The notes under the pieces were generated by a model, which was not told the origin of the DNA, did not search any database, and saw only the letters and a list, made by a program, of their open reading frames with translations. 64,000 bases of DNA, from the IMG/VR virus record IMGVR_UViG_3300008259_005066, positions 145,519 to 209,518 of that record. One strand, 5' to 3'. This document shows, in pieces, positions 1-9,595 of this stretch (its first letter is position 1; every line of letters starts with the position of its first letter). The translations under genes were made by a program, and so were the position numbers.

Positions 1-705
1 CGCGGCTTCACCGGTATAGTCACGATGCCGTGCCGCACGCACGAAGTTGCTGAGCGTTTTCATCTCATCCACGATCTCTGTGATGTGGATGCCAAAGGCA
101 TCGTAGGGTGTGCCACCTTCGGCCACGTGTCGTGCCAGCATGCGACCATGTGTGAGGCTGCGGCTGGGCACACGGAAACGTTCACCTTCGGCATTCTCTA
201 CATAGAGGCTTTCGATATGGCGGAAACGTGCATCACCTTCACCCAAGGTTTTGTTGTGTTTGATCACAAGCCGTGCGCGATTGGGTTGATCTGAGTAGGA
301 AATCTTGCGGTTGCCATAGTAGCCTTCAAACAGGCTTTCTTTGACGGCAGCCATGGTCTTCATGTTGTATTTGAGTCTGCTGAGATTTTTTACGTTAAAC
401 GTGAGCAGATTGCGTTTGGCGAACATGCGAACCAGATACAGGAAATCATACCAGTCGCCACGATCATTGCCTTCCATGGCTCGTGCCATGTTGTCTCCAA
501 AATACATGTCCAGGTTGTTTTCACCGTCCAGGGCCACTACCACAGTGCCATAGTCCTTTTCAGGAGTGGCATAGTCAAAACTGATGATGTCTGCATCAGC
601 AGGATCAGCGGCGGGTTTGCCTTGGCTGTCCAGGGCTTCGGGTTCAAAATCCTGCGCTACGAGCAGGTCATATAGTTGGCGTGCGGGTGTGTTTTTATCG
701 CTCAT
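1..705 (-). CDS. Conserved hypothetical phage protein, 3'-truncated by the window edge
   Basis: Own translation: ATG at 705, open to position 1 (MSDKNTPARQLYDLLVAQDF...RLVIKHNKTLGEGDARFRHIESLYVENAEGERF...); TAAATA late promoter 7 nt upstream (713-718). Absent from the ORF track because it has no stop in the window. Confidence 0.8.
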   Translation of the reverse strand, partial: MSDKNTPARQLYDLLVAQDFEPEALDSQGKPAADPADADIISFDYATPEKDYGTVVVALDGENNLDMYFGDNMARAMEGNDRGDWYDFLYLVRMFAKRNLLTFNVKNLSRLKYNMKTMAAVKESLFEGYYGNRKISYSDQPNRARLVIKHNKTLGEGDARFRHIESLYVENAEGERFRVPSRSLTHGRMLARHVAEGGTPYDAFGIHITEIVDEMKTLSNFVRAARHRDYTGEAA

Positions 706-718
706 GGTATTATATTTA

Positions 719-2284
719 TTAGAACACGGCTATGAAGGGCATGGGTTCTATGATGGTATCCGAATGATCACGCAGTTGTGTGTCCAGTTCTTGATGATAA
801 CTCTGGAGCAGTTGCATCATGCGCACAGCCAACAGCGTGGCCATGACAAGATCATCGGTTTCGCCTACTTTGGCCGCGTAACTGGCACCGTGCGCTATGA
901 AGTTCTTGAGTTCAGTGATGAGGCTGGCAGAATTAATGCGCATCCTACCAGTTTCAATGAGATTTTTCAGTTTGGCGCAGGCCGCCAGTTTGGGCTTGTT
1001 GGTGGTGTTGAATCCTTTGCGATATCTGCGTCCGCCGCCACTGCTGGGATCGCTGAGGAAATAGCCCTGGATGTTTTCTTCGCCATATTCTGCTATGGAT
1101 ATCAAGGCAGCTTCGCCAATGGTATTGTTCTCCACTGTAAAATAGATGCTTTTGGAATCACGCAGTGTTTCATTAATGTGTTTGCACACATCGGCCAAGA
1201 TGCGAACCTGGCTGGGAATGTCGGTCCGGTTGTGCCGCCATTCGGCTACCTGTTCTGTGGTGTTGGCATCAAACACCTGGATGGCCGACGGGTCTCCCCC
1301 GGTGCCCAGGCTAGGGTCCAGGGCTACTACATAGATATGCTCTTTGTTTATGGGTTTGAACCAGCGCACCTGTCCAGTCTTGTAGATGGGTTCAGTGGCC
1401 ACAAGATCGATCAGTTTAGTAGGAGCGATCAAGGTCTCGTCGTCGATGATGAATTCGCAGTCCATCTCTCGGCGGAAACGTTCTTCGCCCAGTATGGCTT
1501 TTTGCTGTGAAGCCCAGGCATCGTCACGGTCAGGATGTTCGCGCCAATATGCACGGAAAGCCCGGAAACCATTCTGCCCTATTTCTGTGGGATTGCCGTA
1601 GTCATCTTCCAGTTTGTTGGCCAGTTTCCAGATCAGCGCAAACTGATCTTCGTCTGAATTGGGCGTGGACGTAACAATGGCTTTACCACCAGTTGACAGC
1701 GTGGGTGTGATGGAAGTCCAAAACTCTTTGGCTATGCCCGGGCGCACGAACGCAAACTCGTCGCAGTAGAGCAAGGTTATTGACATACCACGACCGGTGT
1801 TTTCTGTTGTGGTCTGGCTGACGATACGTGATCCATTGTCAAATTCTATAGATCCTTTGTTGTAACTCACAACCCCTGCCCTGATATGATCTGGACAGGC
1901 TTCATAGGCATAACGAACACGTTGCATGATCTCCTGTGCGCCCAGATACTTGTGGGCGGCCACCAAGATGGTCGAATCCGGAACGAACATGGCATACCAC
2001 AGCAGATAGCCTGCTGCCGAAGTAGATTTGCCCGTTTGCCTAGGCATCATGGATATAGAGAATCTATAATTGTGATAGGTCTCGATCAAGCGTTCTTGGA
2101 ATTCATAGGGCTGATACAGCATCTTACCATACAAGGGATGTTGTATGTAGAAAAAATGACTCATGAAGTAAGTAGGACCCGATTCAGGATCCGCACATTT
2201 CACGAACTCATCGACCTGCTGTTCAGTGTAAGGCATCCTGCGATGCGGTTGCTTGATAAGGACGCCTTCGAGACTCTTGGACAT
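719..2284 (-). CDS. gp17: Terminase large subunit (T4 gp17-like)
   Basis: Walker A MPRQTGKST, Walker B LLYCDEFAF, RNase H-like nuclease motifs ALDPSLG and DDLVMA. Start set at MSKSLEG (2284), 5 nt after TAAGTA. Confidence 0.95.
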   Translation of the reverse strand: MSKSLEGVLIKQPHRRMPYTEQQVDEFVKCADPESGPTYFMSHFFYIQHPLYGKMLYQPYEFQERLIETYHNYRFSISMMPRQTGKSTSAAGYLLWYAMFVPDSTILVAAHKYLGAQEIMQRVRYAYEACPDHIRAGVVSYNKGSIEFDNGSRIVSQTTTENTGRGMSITLLYCDEFAFVRPGIAKEFWTSITPTLSTGGKAIVTSTPNSDEDQFALIWKLANKLEDDYGNPTEIGQNGFRAFRAYWREHPDRDDAWASQQKAILGEERFRREMDCEFIIDDETLIAPTKLIDLVATEPIYKTGQVRWFKPINKEHIYVVALDPSLGTGGDPSAIQVFDANTTEQVAEWRHNRTDIPSQVRILADVCKHINETLRDSKSIYFTVENNTIGEAALISIAEYGEENIQGYFLSDPSSGGGRRYRKGFNTTNKPKLAACAKLKNLIETGRMRINSASLITELKNFIAHGASYAAKVGETDDLVMATLLAVRMMQLLQSYHQELDTQLRDHSDTIIEPMPFIAVF

Positions 2285-2322
2285 ACTGTTACTTACCAAA
2301 ATATACGCCGATAAATATCATT

Positions 2323-2859
2323 ATGAGCGACACGTTAGTATTAGCACCAGACTATCAACCAGTAAACTACTTGCCGCTGTCAACCATAGATTGGCAGACT
2401 GCTATCAAACTGTTCTTCTTGGACAAGATCCAAGTGCTAGAATGGTATGACGATTGGACTGTGCGCAGTGCCAAATTGGAAATGCGTGTGCCTGCTGTGG
2501 CTGTCACAAAGAAAGGATTTGGTAAGAATGGTGGTATGCGTTTCAGCCGCCAGAATCTCTATCTGCGTGATCTGTTTACTTGCCAATATTGCAATGACAC
2601 CTTGGGCGCAAGACATCTAACCATAGACCATGTGTTGCCCAGAGCACAAGGTGGCATCACTTCTTGGGAAAACTGCGTGACCTGTTGCAAGACCTGCAAC
2701 TCCAACAAAGGCAACAAGGTGTGGAGGCCAAACAAAACTCCTTACAAGCCTAACTACTGGAAGTTGGTAGATTCAGTGAAGAGCACTTATCGAGGGGTGC
2801 GGCATCCTTCGTGGCATCTGTATCTGGGCCTCAAAGAAGAACAGATACGAACCTACTGA
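2323..2859 (+). CDS. HNH endonuclease (McrA-like)
   Basis: RDLFTCQYC...LTIDHVLPRAQGG..SWENCVTCCKTCNSNKGN; own TAAATA promoter at 2312-2317, divergent from the terminase. Confidence 0.9.
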   Translation: MSDTLVLAPDYQPVNYLPLSTIDWQTAIKLFFLDKIQVLEWYDDWTVRSAKLEMRVPAVAVTKKGFGKNGGMRFSRQNLYLRDLFTCQYCNDTLGARHLTIDHVLPRAQGGITSWENCVTCCKTCNSNKGNKVWRPNKTPYKPNYWKLVDSVKSTYRGVRHPSWHLYLGLKEEQIRTY

Positions 2860-3293
2860 CACCACGACTGCTTGGCGTCACCGTAGTATTCTCTGGCGAA
2901 TCCATTTTTAATCAATTCAGCACGTAGGCTCACACCATTCAGTATGATATCTCCCAGAACACGACCACCGAACTTGTCCCAGGCATAGAGTGTGACTTGG
3001 TGCTTTTGTGTTGATGCAACTGCTTGTTTGGTAAAGGCACTGGCAGCTTCACCACGTTGTGCTTCGCTGGGGCACTGAGATCGGTGTCCTTTTTCTGGAG
3101 TGTCAACACCATAGATGCGGACAGCAAGTTCTGGCTTGAGCGGTCGAGGAAGAAACGGCGCACTGATAACAATAGTGTCGCCGTCGCTGACCCTTAGTAT
3201 TTGTGCGTCATAGGTAACGCCTTGTGGTGCTTTTTGTGCCAAGGCTGGAACTGCTATGGCTATGAGCAGTGCTAAAAAAACGTAGAGTTTCAT
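2853..3293 (-). CDS. Staphylococcal-nuclease (thermonuclease) family protein with N-terminal signal peptide
   Basis: VSDGDTI, VRIYGVDTPE, DKFGGRVLG, LIKNGFAR motifs; hydrophobic N-terminus MKLYVFLALLIAIAVPALAQK. Confidence 0.85.
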   Translation of the reverse strand: MKLYVFLALLIAIAVPALAQKAPQGVTYDAQILRVSDGDTIVISAPFLPRPLKPELAVRIYGVDTPEKGHRSQCPSEAQRGEAASAFTKQAVASTQKHQVTLYAWDKFGGRVLGDIILNGVSLRAELIKNGFAREYYGDAKQSWCQ

Positions 3294-3304
3294 CTTGATA
3301 TCCT

Positions 3305-4927
3305 TTATGTTATTTCTTGCCATTCCACACTGGCATAGACGTCTTGATTGGTGCCGGTGGTGGCCATGGTAATCACATACTCGTATGGTGTGCCAGTAAA
3401 AGGCTCTCGCTCCAGCTGATATTCAAAAGTAAATGTTTCTTGCGTGGGAGAACCTGTGCTCTGGTTGGTTGAGTTTATGAATGACTGTTCAGCGATGTCG
3501 CCTGACACCAAGGCTGTGGGAGCGAGGTTGTATTGCACTGAACTGTCTACAGCTGAATCCGTCCATGAGCCACCTGATGTGATGGCTTTTTTATAGATTC
3601 GGAACTGGAATATGCTGGCAGCCACAGGTACCAGGCTGTAGTTTATGGGTATAACCACGGCATTGAGATTGGTGCTCTTGAGTCGGATAGCGATAACGGG
3701 TTTAAAAGTCTGATCATTGGGCAAGCGAACCGGAGTGCCTATGGCATGACTGGCGGCTCTGGGATTGCCTGATCCACTCAGTTGGAATCCACCTTCAGAG
3801 ATCACTGTGCTACAGATCTGTGTCATCATGCTGGTGCCGGCGACAGCGCCAGTGTTGGTTATTTCATAGCGTATGGGCAAGGTGGCCGTGGTCATGTAGA
3901 CCTTGGTGTTGCCCGGTTGATTGGCATGAGGAAATGAATGACAGATAATATACGCACCGTTGATGACAAAGCCCACACGCACTGAGCCCACGCCCAGCCA
4001 CTCCACATCAGCAAAAAAGATCTGTGTTCGATCAGGATACAGCGTGATACCAGACGGATTGGTCACAGGTCCTGTGCCATTGAGTTGATCGACATTCCAG
4101 GCATCTTGTCTGATACGCTCTTCCACTCCAGTGGATCCTGAACGTATGACCATGTAGTTGTAGGATCCATCGTTTTCAAAATACACACCGTCGTTGGCAT
4201 CAAACAAGCCCACACGCTGGCGGAGATTTGTCTTTGGTGTGTTAAAACAAAATGTGTTCAGTGTGAGTTGGCTCTTGCCAGGCTGGTAAGGAAATGGCTT
4301 CAGCGTTTCTCTCAGCACTGAATCGCCCGACGCTGTGCCCACGTTGAGCTGATAGGAACTCTGAGCGGCTACATATACCACGTTGCCAGTGCCAGATATG
4401 GAGTTAGCAAACTGGCCATGATCGTAGTAGCGAGCCTGAGTTTCAAACAGGCTAACAGGTTCAGACACACGCAGACGCCCAAACGCATCGGCAGTGGCTC
4501 CGCCAAACCCAGATATCACTACATTGGCGTCATCAGCCAGCACCACATTGGCCGTGCCAGTGATGCCCACATTGCCATCTATGGTTATGCTTCCACCACC
4601 ATCAACCACAGTGACGTTGGCAGTGATACCCGCGATGTTTCCGGTTATGCCCACATTGCCCGACGTTATAGCGACATTGGTGTTGCCTGAGATCACCCAA
4701 GGTGTGGTGCCCTGGAAAACAGTGACATTGCCCGATATGGGCATGGTGTTGCCTGTGAGATCGATATTACCCAGTGCGCCAATGCTTATATTGCCCACTG
4801 ACACATTGCCAACTAGCACAGCGTTGGTGCGGACAAATACGTTGCCGGTGGCCTCGTCCAGCTCCAGGGCCTGCGTTATGTTACGTAGATACCACGGTGC
4901 TACGTTAGCTGGATTTGGATAGGCCAT
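3305..4927 (-). CDS. Putative virion structural protein (540 aa), Gly/Asn/Val-rich N-terminal repeats
   Basis: Long ORF; TAAATA late promoter at 4935-4940; GNV/GNI repeats like those of the fibre genes. Confidence 0.65.
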   Translation of the reverse strand: MAYPNPANVAPWYLRNITQALELDEATGNVFVRTNAVLVGNVSVGNISIGALGNIDLTGNTMPISGNVTVFQGTTPWVISGNTNVAITSGNVGITGNIAGITANVTVVDGGGSITIDGNVGITGTANVVLADDANVVISGFGGATADAFGRLRVSEPVSLFETQARYYDHGQFANSISGTGNVVYVAAQSSYQLNVGTASGDSVLRETLKPFPYQPGKSQLTLNTFCFNTPKTNLRQRVGLFDANDGVYFENDGSYNYMVIRSGSTGVEERIRQDAWNVDQLNGTGPVTNPSGITLYPDRTQIFFADVEWLGVGSVRVGFVINGAYIICHSFPHANQPGNTKVYMTTATLPIRYEITNTGAVAGTSMMTQICSTVISEGGFQLSGSGNPRAASHAIGTPVRLPNDQTFKPVIAIRLKSTNLNAVVIPINYSLVPVAASIFQFRIYKKAITSGGSWTDSAVDSSVQYNLAPTALVSGDIAEQSFINSTNQSTGSPTQETFTFEYQLEREPFTGTPYEYVITMATTGTNQDVYASVEWQEIT

Positions 4928-4967
4928 AATATACTATTTAGCTAGGGCTGGTAGCGCAACAAAGTGG

Positions 4968-5603
4968 CTAAACTTGTACCACAGTCACTATGACGCTGGG
5001 TACCACAGGGCCTGGACCTTCACTGGCCAGTGCCACAATATCAATGCCAGCAAAACTACTCCACCAGGCCAACTTTACATGGTCACCGGCTGCCAAGGAC
5101 TCCACATAGTTCCAACCAACGACCACTTTGTTATTGTTGCCTGTAAAGGTGGTGACGCCACCAGAGTCTGGCACAGTGTTGCCATTTTTTTCCAGCCATA
5201 TTTCCATGTTGTGTGTGCCGCCACCAGTTTGCAGGAATTGTGCGCTGAATTGGATGTCATAAACACCGGCAAAATCCACAGTGATTTCATCGCCACTGAC
5301 TATGCTCACATGATTGTTGCTGGAGGTGGTGTTGAACTGCATGTAGTTGACATTGCCAGTGTCGTTGTTCTGATTGGTGGTATCGTAGAACGATCCGTAG
5401 AACTTGGTGGCATTGGCATTGGCCAACAACACCAGATTGCCGTTGTTGTCACCAGCATACAAGTTCAGGGCGTTTTGTTCTACTACCAGTTCTGCTGGCC
5501 TTGCATTGCCATTGTATTGGCCCACAGTGACCTGGGCATTGTCCTTCATGGCCGCCCGGCTGATGCCGGTTATGTCGCTGTAGGGTGGTGGCGGGCTGGC
5601 CAT
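4968..5603 (-). CDS. Putative virion protein with C1q/BclA-C-like beta-sandwich
   Basis: YGSFYDTT...FAGVYDIQFSAQF...IWLEKNG pattern typical of C1q/BclA C-terminal domains. Confidence 0.55.
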   Translation of the reverse strand: MASPPPPYSDITGISRAAMKDNAQVTVGQYNGNARPAELVVEQNALNLYAGDNNGNLVLLANANATKFYGSFYDTTNQNNDTGNVNYMQFNTTSSNNHVSIVSGDEITVDFAGVYDIQFSAQFLQTGGGTHNMEIWLEKNGNTVPDSGGVTTFTGNNNKVVVGWNYVESLAAGDHVKLAWWSSFAGIDIVALASEGPGPVVPSVIVTVVQV

Positions 5604-6007
5604 TATCTAGGATATCCTCTGAAACTTTTTATAGGGCTGGTAGCATTGGTAGTGCTGGGCTCCTGGCTCTTCTCTGAAGTCACTAATTTTTTGCCACCTG
5701 GCGTGTTGGTCATTTTCAACGCACGGTCAATCACGGGCTTTATGCCTGCGTTCATGCCTGCGATCACTCCGTGTTCGCCAAATGCTGTTTCTGAACTCCA
5801 TTCAGGTTTGAACGGATCGATGCCATTGTTCTGTGGATTCAGTGCAGAAGCGTAGTCAGCACGAGCACGGGCGATGGCCACCATGAATCTGTAGTTGTTG
5901 TAAGGATCTGATGCTGACAATCCAGGGATCACGTAGGTGTGTTGCATGGGAGACTCTTGTTCTGGCGCCAATGTTTTTTGCTCAGCGACAAACTCTCGGG
6001 CTCTCAT
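5603..6007 (-). CDS. Hypothetical head-associated protein, paralog of 6004..6375
   Basis: Starts MRAREFVAE, ends SPIKSFRGYPR. Confidence 0.7.
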   Translation of the reverse strand: MRAREFVAEQKTLAPEQESPMQHTYVIPGLSASDPYNNYRFMVAIARARADYASALNPQNNGIDPFKPEWSSETAFGEHGVIAGMNAGIKPVIDRALKMTNTPGGKKLVTSEKSQEPSTTNATSPIKSFRGYPR

Positions 6008-6375
6008 CGAGGATATCCTCGGAAACCTTTGATGGGACTCTTTGGGTTACCACCGGGTGCTTCTTGGCTGCGCATGTCGCCGTTGTTTAGATCATGGTGT
6101 ATGCTGCCTACTGCATCGTAGGCCTGCCGAAGCATGGCCGCTTCTTCTTCAGTATAAGGAAAAGCGATGTCGTAATTGTGTGCCCACGATGCACTGGGGA
6201 TATCTATAGGATTTACACCATCTGCTGAGGCCACGGCCATCATCACTCGATTCAGTTCGTAGTAGCGATCGCGACCATCGGCATCTTTGAAACGATGAAC
6301 ACCACGAGTGCTCCATCTCTGTCGCTTGGTCATCTTACCTTCTGGACTTTCAACGATAAATTCGCGTGCTCGCAC
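6004..6375 (-). CDS. Hypothetical head-associated protein, paralog of 5603..6007
   Basis: Starts MRAREFIVE, ends SPIKGFRGYPR; AGGAG RBS upstream. Confidence 0.7.
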   Translation of the reverse strand: MRAREFIVESPEGKMTKRQRWSTRGVHRFKDADGRDRYYELNRVMMAVASADGVNPIDIPSASWAHNYDIAFPYTEEEAAMLRQAYDAVGSIHHDLNNGDMRSQEAPGGNPKSPIKGFRGYPR

Positions 6376-6384
6376 GATTGCTCC

Positions 6385-6663
6385 TTAGAACACGCTTTCT
6401 TGTGCTGAGCTCGCTGTGCCTAGTTCCAAAGCAGTAAAAGGTGTTCCGGTAACGGTCACCTTGTTACCAGCACCAGCATAGACTTCAAACACAGTATTAG
6501 CCGGTATGCTGATAGGTGCTGAATAGATATTGCCTACCGCAGCCGCACTGCCGAGTGCTGTAGCATAGGCTTGATATGTCACGGTGTTAGCCCCGGTGGC
6601 GATCTGCAGTTTATCTGAGTAGACTGTAGCGTTTGCTAGACTGGTGTAGACGTTTGCGGCCAT
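6385..6663 (-). CDS. Hypothetical protein (92 aa), probably structural
   Basis: In-operon ORF with AAGGA RBS; Ala/Thr-rich. Confidence 0.65.
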   Translation of the reverse strand: MAANVYTSLANATVYSDKLQIATGANTVTYQAYATALGSAAAVGNIYSAPISIPANTVFEVYAGAGNKVTVTGTPFTALELGTASSAQESVF

Positions 6664-6678
6664 TGTTGTTTTTCCTTA

Positions 6679-7317
6679 TTACCACGCACGGCAAGACCAA
6701 TATCTTGCCTTTGTTCTTGGTCCCGGATTGTCGCAGTTGTGTCGGGCACGGAATGATCGGCGACGTGCAGGATTGGACTTCTTGATCTTCATGGTCTTTT
6801 GACCCAACCGTTTGGCTGATGTTCCACCATGACCAAAGTTTACTTTCTTGATATTGCCCGAACTGGGATCACGGACATATACTTTGAATTTCTTGACGTC
6901 GCCACGCATGGGTTTGCCCAGGGGAACTTTGCGACCTTGATATTCAGCTTCACCAATGGGGTCATCGGCGGCTGTGCCGTCGGGTGCACCAGGTTGGCTG
7001 TCCGAAGCAGGTTCTTCTTGTGTGGGATCTTCGCTGACCAAAGTATCATCTACGCTCATGGACTCTTCCATGTCTTTGCAAGAGCATGCTTCCTGCATGC
7101 ATTCAGAGCAGGTATCTTCTACAGTGTATCCATAACTTTCCAGTATGCTGATCAGTTTGGCGTCGGCTTCGATGCACAGTCTATCTTCTTCCACGCCAAT
7201 GATATGGCTTTCGATCAAGCAATCTTCTTGGATGTTGATAGCAAAATCATCACCAACGGCCGGATTGTCCATCCATTGTTCAGATTCGGCGAGATAATCT
7301 TTGAAAGTTTTCATCAT
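6679..7317 (-). CDS. Hypothetical protein with CTS-like N-terminus and basic C-terminal domain recalled from T4-like cyano/marine phages
   Basis: MKTFKDYLAE start; acidic middle; AEYQGRKVPLGKPMRGDVKKFKVYV...RRRSFRARHNCDNPGPRTKARYWSCRAW C-terminus. Confidence 0.7.
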   Translation of the reverse strand: MMKTFKDYLAESEQWMDNPAVGDDFAINIQEDCLIESHIIGVEEDRLCIEADAKLISILESYGYTVEDTCSECMQEACSCKDMEESMSVDDTLVSEDPTQEEPASDSQPGAPDGTAADDPIGEAEYQGRKVPLGKPMRGDVKKFKVYVRDPSSGNIKKVNFGHGGTSAKRLGQKTMKIKKSNPARRRSFRARHNCDNPGPRTKARYWSCRAW

Positions 7318-8954
7318 GCTTTGTATTGTTGATACAGTTTGCTCAAATGTGATTCAAGTTCTTCGGCTTCTTGCACACGCACTGCTGTGACAGGCACAGT
7401 GGTCTGACCGTTGCCTGCTATGTCACGTTTTTGCTTGTTGAGACCGCCTGCGATGGTCTTGGTCATGTAGTCTGCAGTTTGTGTTTCTGCTTCGGGTGCG
7501 TTGGCCACATCTTCTTGGCCTTCGGCCATTTGCTCGCAACCACAAGGTGTGGAACCGCATGCAGGGCATGTTTCTTCGTAGCCACCAGCCGACCCCATGC
7601 CAGCCAGTTTCAGTATCTGTGCCAGTTTTACAGCATCGTCATCTGACGCTGTCACAGACAGATTCTTTTCGCCGTTTTCACCCACTGACATGTTGATGCT
7701 CATGCCTTCCGTGAGCACTTCGCTGAGTCTGCGATTGTAGCTTTCTGTGATCTGGCTTTCATACACGCCTTTACCAAATATCATACCTTTTTTCCCTTTT
7801 CCTGTGGCAGGAGCCGTGGCCACTGATCCGGCCACTGTGGACTCTTCAGTTTCCTCTTTGCCTTTTTTCTTGGCCATCTTGGTGGCAGTAGCATACATCA
7901 CTTCTTCACCACGCTCGCCATAACGCTTTTCAAAGTCGCCTTTGGATTTCTTCATTGACTTCACAAACTTTTCGCGCTTGTCCATTTCAGGCTTTGACAG
8001 TTTGCGCTCGGGCATGACTTCTTCTGCGTCTTCAGCATCACTGGCCTTGACATAGTCACGTGCTGTGTCAAGATAGTCCAGGGCCTTGGTGATCTTTGAC
8101 TGCACCCACTCTGGTAAATTCTCATCTGCATCAAGTATGCTGTGTAATTCTTTGGCTGCATCCATCACCGTGTGTAACTGTTCACGGGCCATGTCGCCTT
8201 CGCGATCGTATTCACCTTTATCTACGAGACTAATACTATCAATATCGCCTTCTTTGATAGCACCTTTTTTCAGCAATTTGCTCTTGCCTGTGGGGCCTTT
8301 AGCACCGATGGCATGCTTGGTGCCCTTGGGTCGGCCACGTCCACGCTTTTCAGCACTGGGATCTTTGCGGCCTGGTTTGAGGTTGCCGTGCTCATCGTAG
8401 TCATCGTCACTGCCTGTATTGTCGTCATCATGACGACGTGTGTGTTGCACACCGCGATCGGTTTTCTTCAGCGTGCCTTTGGTTGTTTTCACTGTGTCGC
8501 CTGATCGGGCTCTGCGATCAAAGTCATCGCGATCATCAAATTCATATTCGCGCACTGGTTCCATGTCTCCGTCACCGTCTAGGTCGGCCATCTTCTTGCC
8601 AGCGGCACGAGCTTTTGCAAGATTACCTGTGAACCGGTTGCCTTCTTCCATGTCATCTTCATTGGTTTTGCGCAGTTTGGCCAACACAGCGCCAGCCACT
8701 TTCTCGCCACGCTCTTTGCTACCATATCGCTCACCGGCTGACTTTGCGATCTGCGCAAAGGCCTTGCCAGGTTTACCGATGTCTTTGCCGGCACGTGCGG
8801 CCTTGGCCGAATAGGATGCTTCGTCTACTTCTTTGGCCGCCGACTTCATTGGTTCTGTTTTGTTGCCATCTTTGTCCAGATCCAGAAAGTCTGGTTTGGA
8901 ACCACGACCTTCCAGCAAGTTCATTTTACCTAGTATGTCATACATGTTGTTCAT
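7314..8954 (-). CDS. Large charged, mosaic protein, probable internal head/core protein
   Basis: Start reassigned to MNNMYD (8954) after AAGGA RBS; many xxE-A/G segments, two DxDxDG loops, LPEWVQSKIT segment. Confidence 0.65.
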   Translation of the reverse strand: MNNMYDILGKMNLLEGRGSKPDFLDLDKDGNKTEPMKSAAKEVDEASYSAKAARAGKDIGKPGKAFAQIAKSAGERYGSKERGEKVAGAVLAKLRKTNEDDMEEGNRFTGNLAKARAAGKKMADLDGDGDMEPVREYEFDDRDDFDRRARSGDTVKTTKGTLKKTDRGVQHTRRHDDDNTGSDDDYDEHGNLKPGRKDPSAEKRGRGRPKGTKHAIGAKGPTGKSKLLKKGAIKEGDIDSISLVDKGEYDREGDMAREQLHTVMDAAKELHSILDADENLPEWVQSKITKALDYLDTARDYVKASDAEDAEEVMPERKLSKPEMDKREKFVKSMKKSKGDFEKRYGERGEEVMYATATKMAKKKGKEETEESTVAGSVATAPATGKGKKGMIFGKGVYESQITESYNRRLSEVLTEGMSINMSVGENGEKNLSVTASDDDAVKLAQILKLAGMGSAGGYEETCPACGSTPCGCEQMAEGQEDVANAPEAETQTADYMTKTIAGGLNKQKRDIAGNGQTTVPVTAVRVQEAEELESHLSKLYQQYKA

Positions 8955-8964
8955 TTTGTTTTCC

Positions 8965-9570
8965 TTATCTGGCAGAGCTGTGGACAGCCGGTATCTTGTT
9001 TTGTTTCGTCCCCACGGGGCTGACGTCTCCCATGGGGAAATCATTGGAAGTCACAGCAGGCGGTGTCTTGCCACCAGCCACAGTGAAATCGCTCTTGTAT
9101 GCGTTCTTGACCACTACCTGATGTTCTTTGGGAGCGGCTGAGTAATCTTTCTTGAGATCTCGTTGCTGTTTGTCAGGCGCAGGAAAATCTGTATCGGTCA
9201 AGACGTTTTTGTTTTCTACATCTTGCTTGGCACGCTCTTCATCCATGCTGTCTGCATATTTCTTGTCTTGCATTAGAATGTTGTTGGGATTGAGTTTCAG
9301 CAATTCAGCTATCTGGGTGATTTGGGGAGGTGTTGCAGGATAGTTGAAAGTAACATCAAAGAAAGTCATTGATTCATTGTTGCACTGTGGGAAATCTTTG
9401 AGCTGTTTCTGCACAGGTGTTTTTTTCACGTCGCTCATTGACACTACATCAAACTGCTTGAGCTTGTCTTTGAATGCGGGCATAAAGCCCTCAGGCATGT
9501 CTCCTGCTATCTTGATGCGATAATCATACGTGTGTTTTGATTCTGTTAGGTATTCTGCAAAAGTTTTCAT
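8965..9570 (-). CDS. Hypothetical protein with CTS-like N-terminus
   Basis: MKTFAEYLTE start; TAAATA at 9588-9593 and GGGG RBS. Confidence 0.7.
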   Translation of the reverse strand: MKTFAEYLTESKHTYDYRIKIAGDMPEGFMPAFKDKLKQFDVVSMSDVKKTPVQKQLKDFPQCNNESMTFFDVTFNYPATPPQITQIAELLKLNPNNILMQDKKYADSMDEERAKQDVENKNVLTDTDFPAPDKQQRDLKKDYSAAPKEHQVVVKNAYKSDFTVAGGKTPPAVTSNDFPMGDVSPVGTKQNKIPAVHSSAR

Positions 9571-9595
9571 ATCAATCCCCTATATCATATTTAGC

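Noticed and set aside
584-1510. 308-aa plus-strand ORF and many other long antisense ORFs (e.g. 4974..5855, 26244..27080, 27213..28247, 39899..40792, 56035..56718)
   Set aside because: They are shadows of well-supported minus-strand genes; the Leu/Pro/Val-rich ones mirror the GN repeats of the fibre genes; no motifs or promoters.
719-2284. Intein or intron in terminase, gp46 or other core genes
   Set aside because: Lengths are normal and there are no Hint motifs (C/S start, HN-C/S/T end).
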